64,000 bases of DNA from Candidatus Enterousia sp. GTDB taxonomy: Bacteria; Pseudomonadota; Alphaproteobacteria; Rs-D84. Both the position numbers and the translations under genes were made by a program. Location of the stretch: assembly GCA_045614145.1 (NCBI GenBank), contig JAZLCH010000007.1:5806-69805 (forward strand). The letters are read 5' to 3'. A model generated the notes under the pieces. That model did no database searches and was not told the DNA's origin. It was given only the letters and a program-made list of their open reading frames with translations. Of the stretch, positions 9,350-18,234 are shown in pieces; the first letter of the stretch is position 1; every line of letters starts with the position of its first letter.

Positions 9350-10644
9350 TCCATGAACTTTCCGCGCAGACATGCCTTGTTCGCGGCAGTGATAATAATA
9401 TTTGCCATTTCAGGCGCATTATCACGGTGTGCGACGATACAGGGCTGCATATATTGTGTGCGGTATATCAGGTGTTTGCCGGTCTTGTCAGGGCCTTCTA
9501 GTAGACATGATAATGTTTTATCAATGCAAGAAATATTAAAGTCGCGTTGGACTTCGTTTAAATATGCGTCCAGTTTTGTCAGACGTTCAGATTTTATGTT
9601 TTCTGGGATTTGGTCTGGCATTAATGCGGCGCCTGTGTGTGGGCGTGGTGAATACTTAAATGAATATGAATTTATGTATTTTATCTGCTGGGCAATTTGC
9701 ATTGTTTGTTCAAAATCCGAATCGGTTTCGCCGGGAAATCCAACAATAAAATCTGACGAGATTTGAATGTCAGGGCGTGCGGTTTTTAATTTGTTTACTA
9801 TGTCACAATATAATTCCAGACTGTATGGTCGGTTCATGCGTTTTAAAACATTTGGTGCGCCACTTTGTATTGGCATGTTTAAAAATGGTAATAATTTTGG
9901 TTCAGTTGCAAACATGTCAATCAGGTCATCTGTCATTTCTGTTGGGTAACTGGAAGTAAAGCGTATACGCATGATTTCTGGGATTTTTGCTGTTTCGCGT
10001 ATTAAGTCGGACAGGCGATACAATTTGCCGTTCTCGTCGGTGTACTTATATCCATTTACATTTTGTCCCAAGAAGCAGATTTCAATTGCACCAGTTTTTG
10101 CAGCGTGAACTGTGTCGCGCATAACCGAATCAAATGCGCGTGATAATTCGCGCCCACGGGTATATGGAACAATGCAATATGTGCAGCAATGGTTGCAGCC
10201 TTCTTGGATTGGAATGTAGGCAACGCGTGGTGAAGTTGCCATCTGGGGCAGCGAATCAAATTTTTCCAGCCCGCCCAGGTCTATATTAAATAATCGTGTG
10301 TCGGGATTGTTTAATATTTCTGGTAATTTATGATAACTTTGTGGACCCAGAACAAAATTTAATTCTGGTATTCTGCGGAATGCATCTGCGCCCGATTCGC
10401 GTGCGACACAACCAACGATTCCAAACAGGGCAGATGGCTTTTTTGCGCGTCTGATGCGCCCCAGTGCAGAATAAACTTTATCCGTTGCCTTGGCACGAAC
10501 AGCGCATGTGTTCAGTATGATAATGTCTGCGTCTGGAATCTGTTCTGTACGCATAAATCCGTGGTGTTCCAGCAGACTGGCGATGCGCCATCCATCATAC
10601 ACGTTCATCTGACAGCCAAAGGTTTGGATAAAGAATTTCTTCAT
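9346..10644 (-). CDS. miaB: tRNA-i6A37 methylthiotransferase MiaB
   Basis: N-terminal MTTase motif TFGCQMNVYD, radical-SAM CNHCCTYCIVP, IVGFPGETDSDFEQT, and a C-terminal TRAM region. Confidence 0.85.
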   Translation of the reverse strand: MKKFFIQTFGCQMNVYDGWRIASLLEHHGFMRTEQIPDADIIILNTCAVRAKATDKVYSALGRIRRAKKPSALFGIVGCVARESGADAFRRIPELNFVLGPQSYHKLPEILNNPDTRLFNIDLGGLEKFDSLPQMATSPRVAYIPIQEGCNHCCTYCIVPYTRGRELSRAFDSVMRDTVHAAKTGAIEICFLGQNVNGYKYTDENGKLYRLSDLIRETAKIPEIMRIRFTSSYPTEMTDDLIDMFATEPKLLPFLNMPIQSGAPNVLKRMNRPYSLELYCDIVNKLKTARPDIQISSDFIVGFPGETDSDFEQTMQIAQQIKYINSYSFKYSPRPHTGAALMPDQIPENIKSERLTKLDAYLNEVQRDFNISCIDKTLSCLLEGPDKTGKHLIYRTQYMQPCIVAHRDNAPEMANIIITAANKACLRGKFMD

Positions 10645-10655
10645 TTTTGTTTCTT

Positions 10656-10832
10656 TTATTTGTGTCTGGTTCGTTGAATTTGAATTATTTTGTTTTTTAT
10701 GCTTTTTTGTTTTGCGTTGGCAGCATGCATTGCGTGTTGACGCATATATTTTTCTTCGCGTGCTTTTATTTTTGCGCGTGCTTCGGAGGTTGCCATGTTG
10801 CGCAATATAATGGCAATTGATTCTGAATACAT
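10656..10832 (-). CDS. Small ORF, 58 aa, basic (not in the ORF table; hypothetical)
   Basis: Translation MYSESIAIILRNMATSEARAKIKAREEKYMRQHAMHAANAKQKSIKNK..., 12 nt upstream of miaB. No family recognised. Confidence 0.25.
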   Translation of the reverse strand: MYSESIAIILRNMATSEARAKIKAREEKYMRQHAMHAANAKQKSIKNKIIQIQRTRHK

Positions 10833-10876
10833 TTATAAGCCTTTTGCTGTTTTGCTGGTATGAAAAGTATCGGTCT

Positions 10877-11125
10877 TTATTTCTGCTTTGTTCTGGCTGC
10901 GTTTATTATACGTTTTTTTGCGCCCGTCATTTTTTGTTCCCATCTGCGGCCAGGCTGTTTAATTTGTTTTGCCGTGTGTGTCGCGGGGTGAGATTTGCCA
11001 CGGATAACGGTGTTGGTTGCTGATGTCTGGAGAGAAGATGGTAATGGAGTGTCTTCAATTTCAACCAGGCCATATTGAACACCAGTAATTAAATTATTTG
11101 ATACTATTTTGATAACCTTTGTCAT
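10877..11125 (-). CDS. Hypothetical small protein, 82 aa
   Basis: ORF with the RBS AAAGGAA 7 nt upstream, between gatB and miaB. No family recognised. Confidence 0.4.
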   Translation of the reverse strand: MTKVIKIVSNNLITGVQYGLVEIEDTPLPSSLQTSATNTVIRGKSHPATHTAKQIKQPGRRWEQKMTGAKKRIINAARTKQK

Positions 11126-11155
11126 TGTGTATTCCTTTTGTTTTTTTTTGTGTTA

Positions 11156-12676
11156 TTAAGCCAATTTATTACGCAATATTTCGTTTACAACGGCTGGGTT
11201 TGCAGTGCCGCCAGTTTTCTTCATTACATTGCCAACAAAGAAGCCCAGTAATCCAACCTTGCCAGATTTGTATTGTTCAACTTGGGATGGATTTGTGGCG
11301 ATAACTTCGTCAACAATCGCTTCGATTGCACCGGTGTCGGTCATTTGTTTCATGCCAAATTTGTCGGCGATGTCACGCGGGGTGCCCGATTCGCCATCCA
11401 GCATTTTTATAAAGATTTCTTTGGCCTGTTTGCCGTTGATTGTGTTTTCGGCAACCATGTCAACCAGTTCGGCCAAATCAAATGGTGTGATAATACGCAT
11501 GTCATCCACAATGCCTGATTTTTCGTTTTTGACATCCCAGTTTTCTGGGTGCGCGAACAATTCAGAAATCATCCAGTTTGCAACGCCCTTGGCGCGTTTT
11601 TTGTCGCCATTTACAGATGCGTCATACCAATGTGATATATCAGTGCTTTCGGTCAGACGTGCGGCATCATATTCAGACAGCCCGAATTCATGCGTATAGC
11701 GCGTGCGTGTCGCAGATGGTAATTCCGGCATGGTGCTGCGTATGCGTTCAATTTGTTCATCAGATATTTCCAGTGGCAACAGGTCCGGGTCTGGGAAATA
11801 ACGATAGTCCAGTGCGTCTTCTTTGCTGCGCATAACAGATGTAGTGCCGTCGCCCTGGTGATAGCGCATTGTGTCCTGGGTGACTTGGCCGCCGTTTTCA
11901 TAGATTTCGATTTGACGGCGGGCCTCAAATTCAATGGCGGATTTGATAAATTTAAATGACACCATGTTTTTTGTCTCGGTGCGTGTGCGGAATTCGGTTG
12001 AACCAACAGGTCGGACAGAAACGTTAACGTCGGCGCGCATTGAACCTTCTTCCATGTTGGCGCGTGATACGCCCAGTGCGCGTGCGATTTCGCGAATTTC
12101 ACGCAGATAACGTTCTGCTTCGTCTGGGGATGTGATATAGGAATTATTTTCAGGATTTTTTGTATCCAAAAAAGTCACGATTTCCAGTAATGCAACCCCG
12201 GTGCGGTTATAGTCTGCAAATGATTTTGTTGGATGAACATCATGTTTTAATTTACCGGCGTCTTGTTCCAAATGTGCGCGTTCGATTAAAATTTTCTTTG
12301 GATTGCCATCGTCGCCCATAATTTCAACCCAACCGCGACCAACAACCGGTGGTTCGTCCGCAGGCTGTGAAATCTGGTATCCTTGGGGCAGGTCAGGGTA
12401 GAAATATTGTTTACGGGCAAAACGACTGATGCGGGAAATTTCTGCATTCAGCCCCAGCCCCATTTTAATTGCCTGGTCAACACAGAATTTGTTTATAACC
12501 GGCAACATTCCTGGCATTGCGACATCAATCATTGATGCCTGGGTGTTGGGTGATATGGTTGGGTTATAGTCGGCAGATGCGCCACTGAATAATTTTGAAT
12601 TAGAAAGGACTTCGATATGTGTTTCCAGTCCGATTACCAATTCCCAATCACATGTTTTGCCTTTTATCGTAAACAT
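11156..12676 (-). CDS. gatB: Asp-tRNA(Asn)/Glu-tRNA(Gln) amidotransferase subunit B
   Basis: GatB N-terminus MFTIKGKTCDWELVIGLETHIEV and a C-terminal YqeY-like domain. 506 aa. Confidence 0.9.
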   Translation of the reverse strand: MFTIKGKTCDWELVIGLETHIEVLSNSKLFSGASADYNPTISPNTQASMIDVAMPGMLPVINKFCVDQAIKMGLGLNAEISRISRFARKQYFYPDLPQGYQISQPADEPPVVGRGWVEIMGDDGNPKKILIERAHLEQDAGKLKHDVHPTKSFADYNRTGVALLEIVTFLDTKNPENNSYITSPDEAERYLREIREIARALGVSRANMEEGSMRADVNVSVRPVGSTEFRTRTETKNMVSFKFIKSAIEFEARRQIEIYENGGQVTQDTMRYHQGDGTTSVMRSKEDALDYRYFPDPDLLPLEISDEQIERIRSTMPELPSATRTRYTHEFGLSEYDAARLTESTDISHWYDASVNGDKKRAKGVANWMISELFAHPENWDVKNEKSGIVDDMRIITPFDLAELVDMVAENTINGKQAKEIFIKMLDGESGTPRDIADKFGMKQMTDTGAIEAIVDEVIATNPSQVEQYKSGKVGLLGFFVGNVMKKTGGTANPAVVNEILRNKLA

Positions 12677-12730
12677 TTTGTCTTTTTCCCTTGCTTTTTT
12701 ATTTTTTGTATCTTATTATTGTCGTCGCGT

Positions 12731-12806
12731 TGGCTAGGTAGCTCAGTTGGTAGAGCAAGGGACTGAAAATCCCTGTGTCGGCGGTTCGATTCCGTCCCTA
12801 GCCACC
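12731..12806 (+). tRNA. tRNA-Phe (anticodon GAA)
   Basis: Acceptor stem GGCTAGG/CCTAGCC, anticodon loop CTGAAAA, T-loop TTCGATT, encoded CCA. 76 nt. Confidence 0.9.
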
Positions 12807-12820
12807 ATCTCCTTTCTAAT

Positions 12821-12844
12821 TGCGACCGTTGCGGTCGTTTTTTT
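12821..12844 (+). terminator. Terminator after tRNA-Phe
   Basis: GCGACCGTTGCGGTCG hairpin followed by T8. Confidence 0.6.
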
Positions 12845-12876
12845 ATTGTCCATGGAGATGGTGCGGTTGTTCATTT

Positions 12877-14343
12877 TTATTTCCCCATAATTATTGTTGG
12901 GCGGTTGTCAATGGCGGCCGCGATTTCAATGTGTTTTGCCAATTGCAGAACGCGCATGTCGTCAAAACGGCGACCCACAACCTGAATCCCCAGTGGCAGA
13001 CCGTTGCCTGCCAGGCCGGCCGGGACACTGCATGCAGGTACGCCTGCCAGGTTCATCGCAACCGTGAATAAATCCAGTGCGTAATATTCCAATGGGGTCA
13101 GGTCTGAATCCAATGGCATTGCGGTGCCAGCAGATGACGGACAGATGATTAAGTCGCATTGATCAAAGGCGGCATTAAAACTGTCAGATATCATGCGGCG
13201 TACGCGTGCAGCCTGCATAAAGTATACATCGTATGATTCACTGGACAGTACCGCGGTGCCGATTACCATACGGCGTTGTACTTCGTCGCCAAAGCCGGCG
13301 GCGCGTGACTTTTTAAATGTGTCATAGATATCACGACCTTCGACACGAATGCCATAGCGCATGCCGTCATAACGTGCCAGGTTTGATGATGCCTCGGCCG
13401 GGGCGATGATATAGTATGCTGCCAATGCGTCCAGGATGTTGGGAATAGATACTTCAACAATTTCTGCGCCCATGGATTTTAAATCGGCAATGCGTTTTTC
13501 AAATAATGTCTTCATGTCGTCTGAAATCTTAACGTCGCCAAATTCGCGAATTATGCCAACGCGTAATTTTTTGCCATTGCCCAGAATAGGCTGAATTTCA
13601 GATGTACAGGTGAAATTGTTTTCGCAACTGGTGGATTCGTGCGCGTCGTGTCCCGCCATGATGTTTAATAATAATCCTGCATCGTCAACGGTGCGTGTGA
13701 TTGGGCCGGGGGTGTCCAGGGAAGACGCAAATGCGATACAGCCAAAGCGTGAACACAGACCGTATGTTGGCTTCATCCCAACCAAGCCGGTTATTGCCGC
13801 CGGAAAGCGAATTGAGCCGCCGGTGTCTGTACCCGTTGCCGCAATGGCCAATCCACCCGCCACCGCAGATGTTGAACCGCCCGAAGAGCCACCCGCGGTC
13901 AGGCGTTTTTCAATTTGCCATGGGTTGACAGGTGCGCCAAAGTAAGAAGTCTTGCTGAAAGTACCCATTGCGAATTCGTCCAGGTTTGCCTTGCCCAATA
14001 ATACGGTGCCGGCATCAATGAATTTTTGTGATATGGTTGATTCGTATTCAGGAACAAAATTTTCCAGCATGCGTGATGCCGCGGTTGTGCGAATGCCGCG
14101 CGTGGCAAATAAATCTTTCATTGCGATTGGTGCGCCGTCCAAGAATTTTGCGTCACCTGCGGCGCGACGCGCATCAGATGCGGCGGCGTCTGCCATTGCG
14201 CGTTCAGGCGTGGTTGTGATATAGCAATTTAAATCCGTGCCATATTTTTCAATGCGATCCAGATACGCGCGTGTTAATTCCACCGCAGAAATTTCGCGGG
14301 CGTTCAGTTTTTTTAGTGCTTCGGTCAATGTCAGGTTTATCAT
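12877..14343 (-). CDS. gatA: Glutamyl-tRNA(Gln) amidotransferase subunit A
   Basis: Amidase signature GGSSGGS... 488 aa. The start ATG overlaps the upstream ORF's stop (ATGA). Confidence 0.9.
   Translation of the reverse strand: MINLTLTEALKKLNAREISAVELTRAYLDRIEKYGTDLNCYITTTPERAMADAAASDARRAAGDAKFLDGAPIAMKDLFATRGIRTTAASRMLENFVPEYESTISQKFIDAGTVLLGKANLDEFAMGTFSKTSYFGAPVNPWQIEKRLTAGGSSGGSTSAVAGGLAIAATGTDTGGSIRFPAAITGLVGMKPTYGLCSRFGCIAFASSLDTPGPITRTVDDAGLLLNIMAGHDAHESTSCENNFTCTSEIQPILGNGKKLRVGIIREFGDVKISDDMKTLFEKRIADLKSMGAEIVEVSIPNILDALAAYYIIAPAEASSNLARYDGMRYGIRVEGRDIYDTFKKSRAAGFGDEVQRRMVIGTAVLSSESYDVYFMQAARVRRMISDSFNAAFDQCDLIICPSSAGTAMPLDSDLTPLEYYALDLFTVAMNLAGVPACSVPAGLAGNGLPLGIQVVGRRFDDMRVLQLAKHIEIAAAIDNRPTIIMGK
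14240..14343 (-). repeat. Direct repeat copy 1 (authentic gatA codons 1-35), also present at 14883-14986
   Basis: 104 bp, 5 mismatches relative to copy 2. Confidence 0.85.
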
Positions 14344-14882
14344 TTTTGTTTCTCTGATGGTTTTGTTGATTGTTTTTGCAGTTCTATAATTTCAAATTCT
14401 TTCTGTGCGATAAGTTTTTTTATGTTTTCAATAGAAGCATAATATTCAGCAATTTCTTTTTTGCGGATGTCAATTTTTGATTGGGTTGCAGAAGCGGTTT
14501 GTGCGTTTGGTGTGAATTCTACATTTTTTTCACGAATATAGTTGTGTAAAGCGTGTGCGTTCAGCCCAAGTGCCATAAATTCTTGATTGCTAAACTGGTT
14601 GAAGATGTCGATATGCTTTTCAATAAGTAACTCAATCATATATGTGATATCTGAAACTGCTTTTTTGCCTAAGTTTCTAAACCTAAGCAAGTCTTCTCTG
14701 CGGGTGTTCATCAAGTCTAACAGTGTGACAATTCGTGCTTTATCAAATGTGGCGGTTGCAGGGTTGTATGTATGCTGCGTGTTAGATAACGCGTTGATAG
14801 TGCGTGCGTTTAATCCCAAGTCTTGTATCTTTGTGTTTAAAAGTTCTTGTATAGTCATTGTATGTTCCTCTTTATTCACCAT
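14340..14882 (-). CDS. Stand-alone protein resembling the RNA polymerase alpha C-terminal domain (two helix-hairpin-helix repeats) with a coiled-coil tail; inserted into the gatCAB operon
   Basis: IQDLGLNARTINALSN...IVTLLDLMNTRREDLLRFRNLGKKAVSDITYMIELL closely parallels the RpoA alpha-CTD motif LELSVRSANCLK...LLKTPNLGKKSLTEIKDVL. The start overlaps the stop of the gatA stub (ATGGTGA), and the stop overlaps the gatA ATG. Confidence 0.6.
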   Translation of the reverse strand: MVNKEEHTMTIQELLNTKIQDLGLNARTINALSNTQHTYNPATATFDKARIVTLLDLMNTRREDLLRFRNLGKKAVSDITYMIELLIEKHIDIFNQFSNQEFMALGLNAHALHNYIREKNVEFTPNAQTASATQSKIDIRKKEIAEYYASIENIKKLIAQKEFEIIELQKQSTKPSEKQK

Positions 14883-14986
14883 CCATATTTTTCAATGCGA
14901 TCCAGATACGCGCGTGTTAATTCCACCGCAGAAAGTTCGCGGGTGTTTAGTTTTTTTAGTGCTTCGGTCAATGTTAGATTTATCAT
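14876..14986 (-). pseudogene. Duplicated 5' fragment of gatA (36-aa stub MINLTLTEALKKLNTRELSAVELTRAYLDRIEKYGW*)
   Basis: 95% identical at the DNA level to gatA codons 1-35 and their RBS. It terminates at a TGA created at the duplication boundary. Confidence 0.8.
14883..14986 (-). repeat. Direct repeat copy 2 of the gatA 5' segment
   Basis: See copy 1 at 14240-14343. Similarity extends about 12 bp further upstream through the RBS. Confidence 0.85.
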
Positions 14987-14998
14987 TTCTGTTTGCTC

Positions 14999-15430
14999 TT
15001 ACTTTTGTTTATCGGTTGCGTAGTGTTGTGGGTATAAGATTGCACCCAGTGTGTTGCGTATAAATTCATCCTGGCATTTGCCGTTTTTCAAATTGCGCGC
15101 GCAACGTTTTATTTTTGCCGCTTCATCCAGTTCGCAATTCTGTTTGCCGCATTGTGGGTATTGATCAAAATAAAACATTCCGTCAATAGACAGTGAACGA
15201 TGACGTGCGTTGCCGCCAATGGCACGACCAAACCCAGTGCTTTCCGTATATTCAAGATTTAGAGTTTTTATACAGGCATTGACAGCAACGTTTGGTGTAG
15301 ATAATTTTTCCATCAAGGTATCAAGTTCACTGCGTGTAAGATGGCCCAATGATGCAATGTGGTTTGGGAAATGTTCATATGGTTCATACTGAACAAAATG
15401 TACAGGAATGTTTTTTTCTGTGTCTGGCAT
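14999..15430 (-). CDS. Hypothetical Cys-rich protein (C-x4-C...C-x8-C zinc-ribbon-like), 143 aa, between gatC and the gatA stub
   Basis: ORF starting at the Met at 15430, immediately after the gatC stop. The ORF-table start at 15529 would overlap gatC. Contains QCGKQNC...RCARNLKNGKC. Confidence 0.5.
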   Translation of the reverse strand: MPDTEKNIPVHFVQYEPYEHFPNHIASLGHLTRSELDTLMEKLSTPNVAVNACIKTLNLEYTESTGFGRAIGGNARHRSLSIDGMFYFDQYPQCGKQNCELDEAAKIKRCARNLKNGKCQDEFIRNTLGAILYPQHYATDKQK

Positions 15431-15431
15431 T

Positions 15432-15728
15432 TTATTCTCCGTCCATAACCTTGGGTACTGCGAAATAGCCACGTGATGTGCCAGCGTTGTCGGGCGTGTT
15501 TGCCAAAACCAAATCTCGAATGTTGCCATCGGTGACGATGTCTTCGCGTTGTGGTAATTTGTGTTCTGATGGATTCAACATTGGGGTCACACCCGTTGTG
15601 TCAATTTTTTGTAATTTATCCAGCCATTCAACCACAGAATCAATGTTCATGGATTCCAGTTTTTCTGGGCTGATTTCAATTTTGATTAAATCTGCAAATT
15701 TTTGTAATTGTTGCTTGCTAAATGCCAT
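15432..15728 (-). CDS. gatC: Glutamyl-tRNA(Gln) amidotransferase subunit C
   Basis: About 98 aa starting MAFSKQQLQKFADLIKIEISPEKLE. Typical GatC in size and sequence, lying upstream of gatA and gatB. Confidence 0.8.
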   Translation of the reverse strand: MAFSKQQLQKFADLIKIEISPEKLESMNIDSVVEWLDKLQKIDTTGVTPMLNPSEHKLPQREDIVTDGNIRDLVLANTPDNAGTSRGYFAVPKVMDGE

Positions 15729-15766
15729 TTTCAATCCTATTATTTTAAAGTAAAAGGAATTATACA

Positions 15767-16216
15767 ATGATTTTGCCAGATTTCAAGGCTTTTCCACGCG
15801 CCGGGCGTGTTTTGGGAATTGATTGGGGACTGCGACGGATTGGGGTTGCGGTATCTGACCCAATGCGCGATTTTGTCTTTGCTCGTGATGCGATTGTTTT
15901 GCCACGTGGGGCAGAAAATCATGCCGATTTGGTTGCCGATATGGCAATGCGGGAAAATGTGGTTGGTGTTATTGTCGGGCTGCCGTTATATCCGGATGGC
16001 AGTGCATCAAATACAACGAAAATGGTGTGTGACTTTATTGATAAATTGGCAGAAAAAACAGATTTGCCAATTTGCACAATAGAAGAAAACCTGACATCTG
16101 TTTCGGCCCAAGAAGATATGGGGCGCGTTCGTGTGCGTGATTTAAAGACGCGTCTGGATTCGGAATCTGCACGCGTGATTTTGGAAAATGCAATTGCAAT
16201 GATTAACCGGGCATAA
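15767..16216 (+). CDS. ruvX: Putative pre-16S rRNA nuclease / Holliday junction resolvase-like YqgF
   Basis: RVLGIDWGLRRIGVAVSD motif of the RuvX/YqgF family. 149 aa. Confidence 0.8.
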   Translation: MILPDFKAFPRAGRVLGIDWGLRRIGVAVSDPMRDFVFARDAIVLPRGAENHADLVADMAMRENVVGVIVGLPLYPDGSASNTTKMVCDFIDKLAEKTDLPICTIEENLTSVSAQEDMGRVRVRDLKTRLDSESARVILENAIAMINRA

Positions 16217-16230
16217 TGCCCGGTTTTTAT
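16207..16230. terminator. Bidirectional terminator
   Basis: CCGGGCATAATGCCCGG hairpin followed by T5. Confidence 0.65.
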
Positions 16231-16246
16231 GCGTATAACGCGTTTT

Positions 16247-17278
16247 TTATTCTTCGTTTTTGTCGGGGATCTGACCGTCTGCGGACAGTAATACCGCAAT
16301 CCAACGTGTGTTATCAAACTGGGCGCATATTATGTACAGCGCAACCAATAACGGAACACTAAAGAACATGCCGGCGATTCCCCATATCATGCCCCATACA
16401 ACCAGGTTTATTAATATTGCCAATGTTGACAGGTTAAGGGTCTTGCCAGTCAATTTTGGTTCGATAATGTTTCCGAATAATATTTGCAGGCCGATTAAGC
16501 CGACGGCGGTTAATAGCGGTTCTTGCAATGTGGGGGATGATACCAGTGAATATAGTATTGGCAGACCGCATGCGACGATTGCGCCAATTGTTGGAATATA
16601 GCTGGTGATAAATACGATAAATGCCCAGACACCTGCGAATTCCAGGCCAATTGTCTGCAGCCACAGGTATGATGCGACACCAGTTATCGCAGATATAGTT
16701 GTTTTGACAAACAGGTATTTCTTCATGTTGGTATCAATGCTGTCCAGGATATAGCGCATCTTTTTATACTGTCGGCGGCCAGGGAACATAGCGTTGAATT
16801 TTTTGTTAAATGTACTTTGTTCAACAAACATGAATATCATGTATACCAGTACCATACCAAATGACGTAGCAATCCCTGCAATAGAGGAACCGATATTTGC
16901 AGCAATCTTGGTGATGTTTGGAATCATGTTTGCATCAAAGGTTAGTCCAACGGAATTTGACAGGTACGTCCCAAATTCGGTCAGTTTTGTTTGCAGGGCA
17001 GGCAACGCCGCCAGCAGTTCTGAAAACATTGGATGTATCTGGGTGGTAAATAGGTAGCCAACCATGCATACTGTTATCAATGTTGTTATGTTCGCAATCC
17101 AATCAAATATGTGATTTTGAAGTTGCTTGTCTTTGTGTGTTGGCAGCGCGCGACGATAATAGTCGGACATGGCATTCATTAAATACCACAGAAATCCTGC
17201 GATTAATAATGGGATGAATATGGAACGGCCAATCCATAACAGAAAAATACTGCCGATAAATATTATTATTTTGTTCAT
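16247..17278 (-). CDS. AI-2E family (PerM/UPF0118) transporter-like membrane protein
   Basis: 343-aa polytopic protein with the size and hydrophobicity pattern of AI-2E permeases. Confidence 0.55.
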   Translation of the reverse strand: MNKIIIFIGSIFLLWIGRSIFIPLLIAGFLWYLMNAMSDYYRRALPTHKDKQLQNHIFDWIANITTLITVCMVGYLFTTQIHPMFSELLAALPALQTKLTEFGTYLSNSVGLTFDANMIPNITKIAANIGSSIAGIATSFGMVLVYMIFMFVEQSTFNKKFNAMFPGRRQYKKMRYILDSIDTNMKKYLFVKTTISAITGVASYLWLQTIGLEFAGVWAFIVFITSYIPTIGAIVACGLPILYSLVSSPTLQEPLLTAVGLIGLQILFGNIIEPKLTGKTLNLSTLAILINLVVWGMIWGIAGMFFSVPLLVALYIICAQFDNTRWIAVLLSADGQIPDKNEE

Positions 17279-17289
17279 GGTGTTTCCTT

Positions 17290-18207
17290 TTACAGGTTTA
17301 TTGTTTCTGTGGTTTCGATTATGTTTATTGTTGTTGTCTGGTTTAGATGCGTATATATGTGCGTCCCAAGCGTAAGGGCGATAATTATTGCAATGTTGAT
17401 GATGACTGCAACAGTTGCGTATTTACCAGGCATAGTTTTTATGAATTTTTTTATTCCGACTGATATTGTCCATATGCCAAAAATCAGGCTGAGTATAAAG
17501 GTTAGCAGGACAGCGTTTATCCCATATACAAATCCAGACAGCATGGTTAATAATGCAAATACAGAAATGGTTGTTGCCGGGTTGGATGTGATAAGGTGGG
17601 TTATATTTTTATACCAATTTGGTTTTATCGTAATGCTGTTGGTGGGACCACGCAAATCAGGCAGTATGTAGCCAGGCGCCCACAGCGCAGAAAAGCCAAA
17701 AGGCATGCAGCAAATGATTTTCCATGTCGGTATGTTTAGAGTCTGTATACGGCGGAATTTTAGGAAAAAATTAGAAAGTAGTATGCCAATTAAGTATAAT
17801 AATAGTATGCTGGACATTGAAAATATAAATAATATGGATGCGGATGAGCTGCCAAGAGTTGCTAACTGAAGTAAAATCTTATTTGCGTTTTGTGTAATAA
17901 AGAGTGATATCGCTATAAAAGCGGTGGCGGTCAGTGCGGTCTGCAGATTGTGTGTCGCAATGAACGATTCGCGGTCAGGGGTGATGTGTGGCAGTTTATA
18001 AAACAGTCGGATTGCACAAATTATAAATGTGATGGTGGTCAGCCATAACAGTGGTTGATATGGGACAGGGGTTGGCGTGTATATTCGCACAGCAATGAAT
18101 GAATACAGCAATCCAATAATCGATGTGCTGAAAAATGTCGTTAGTGCAAATTTTAATGGCGCCCATAATGTCCAGATGGACAGTGTTGATGCGTTTGTAG
18201 GGTTCAT
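17290..18207 (-). CDS. Hypothetical polytopic membrane protein (8-9 TM) immediately downstream of sufC
   Basis: 305 aa, highly hydrophobic, no recognisable family. Confidence 0.5.
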   Translation of the reverse strand: MNPTNASTLSIWTLWAPLKFALTTFFSTSIIGLLYSFIAVRIYTPTPVPYQPLLWLTTITFIICAIRLFYKLPHITPDRESFIATHNLQTALTATAFIAISLFITQNANKILLQLATLGSSSASILFIFSMSSILLLYLIGILLSNFFLKFRRIQTLNIPTWKIICCMPFGFSALWAPGYILPDLRGPTNSITIKPNWYKNITHLITSNPATTISVFALLTMLSGFVYGINAVLLTFILSLIFGIWTISVGIKKFIKTMPGKYATVAVIINIAIIIALTLGTHIYTHLNQTTTINIIETTETINL

Positions 18208-18234
18208 TTCTTCCTCCTGGCCAGATGTTAACTG

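Noticed and set aside
11205-11699. 164-aa and other + strand ORFs inside gatB, and 13610-14224 inside gatA
   Set aside because: Antisense shadow ORFs within well-conserved amidotransferase genes.
15431-15529. Extended start of the Cys-rich ORF overlapping gatC by about 98 bp
   Set aside because: The internal Met at 15430 abuts the gatC stop in typical coupled fashion. The longer form would overlap a conserved gene in another frame.
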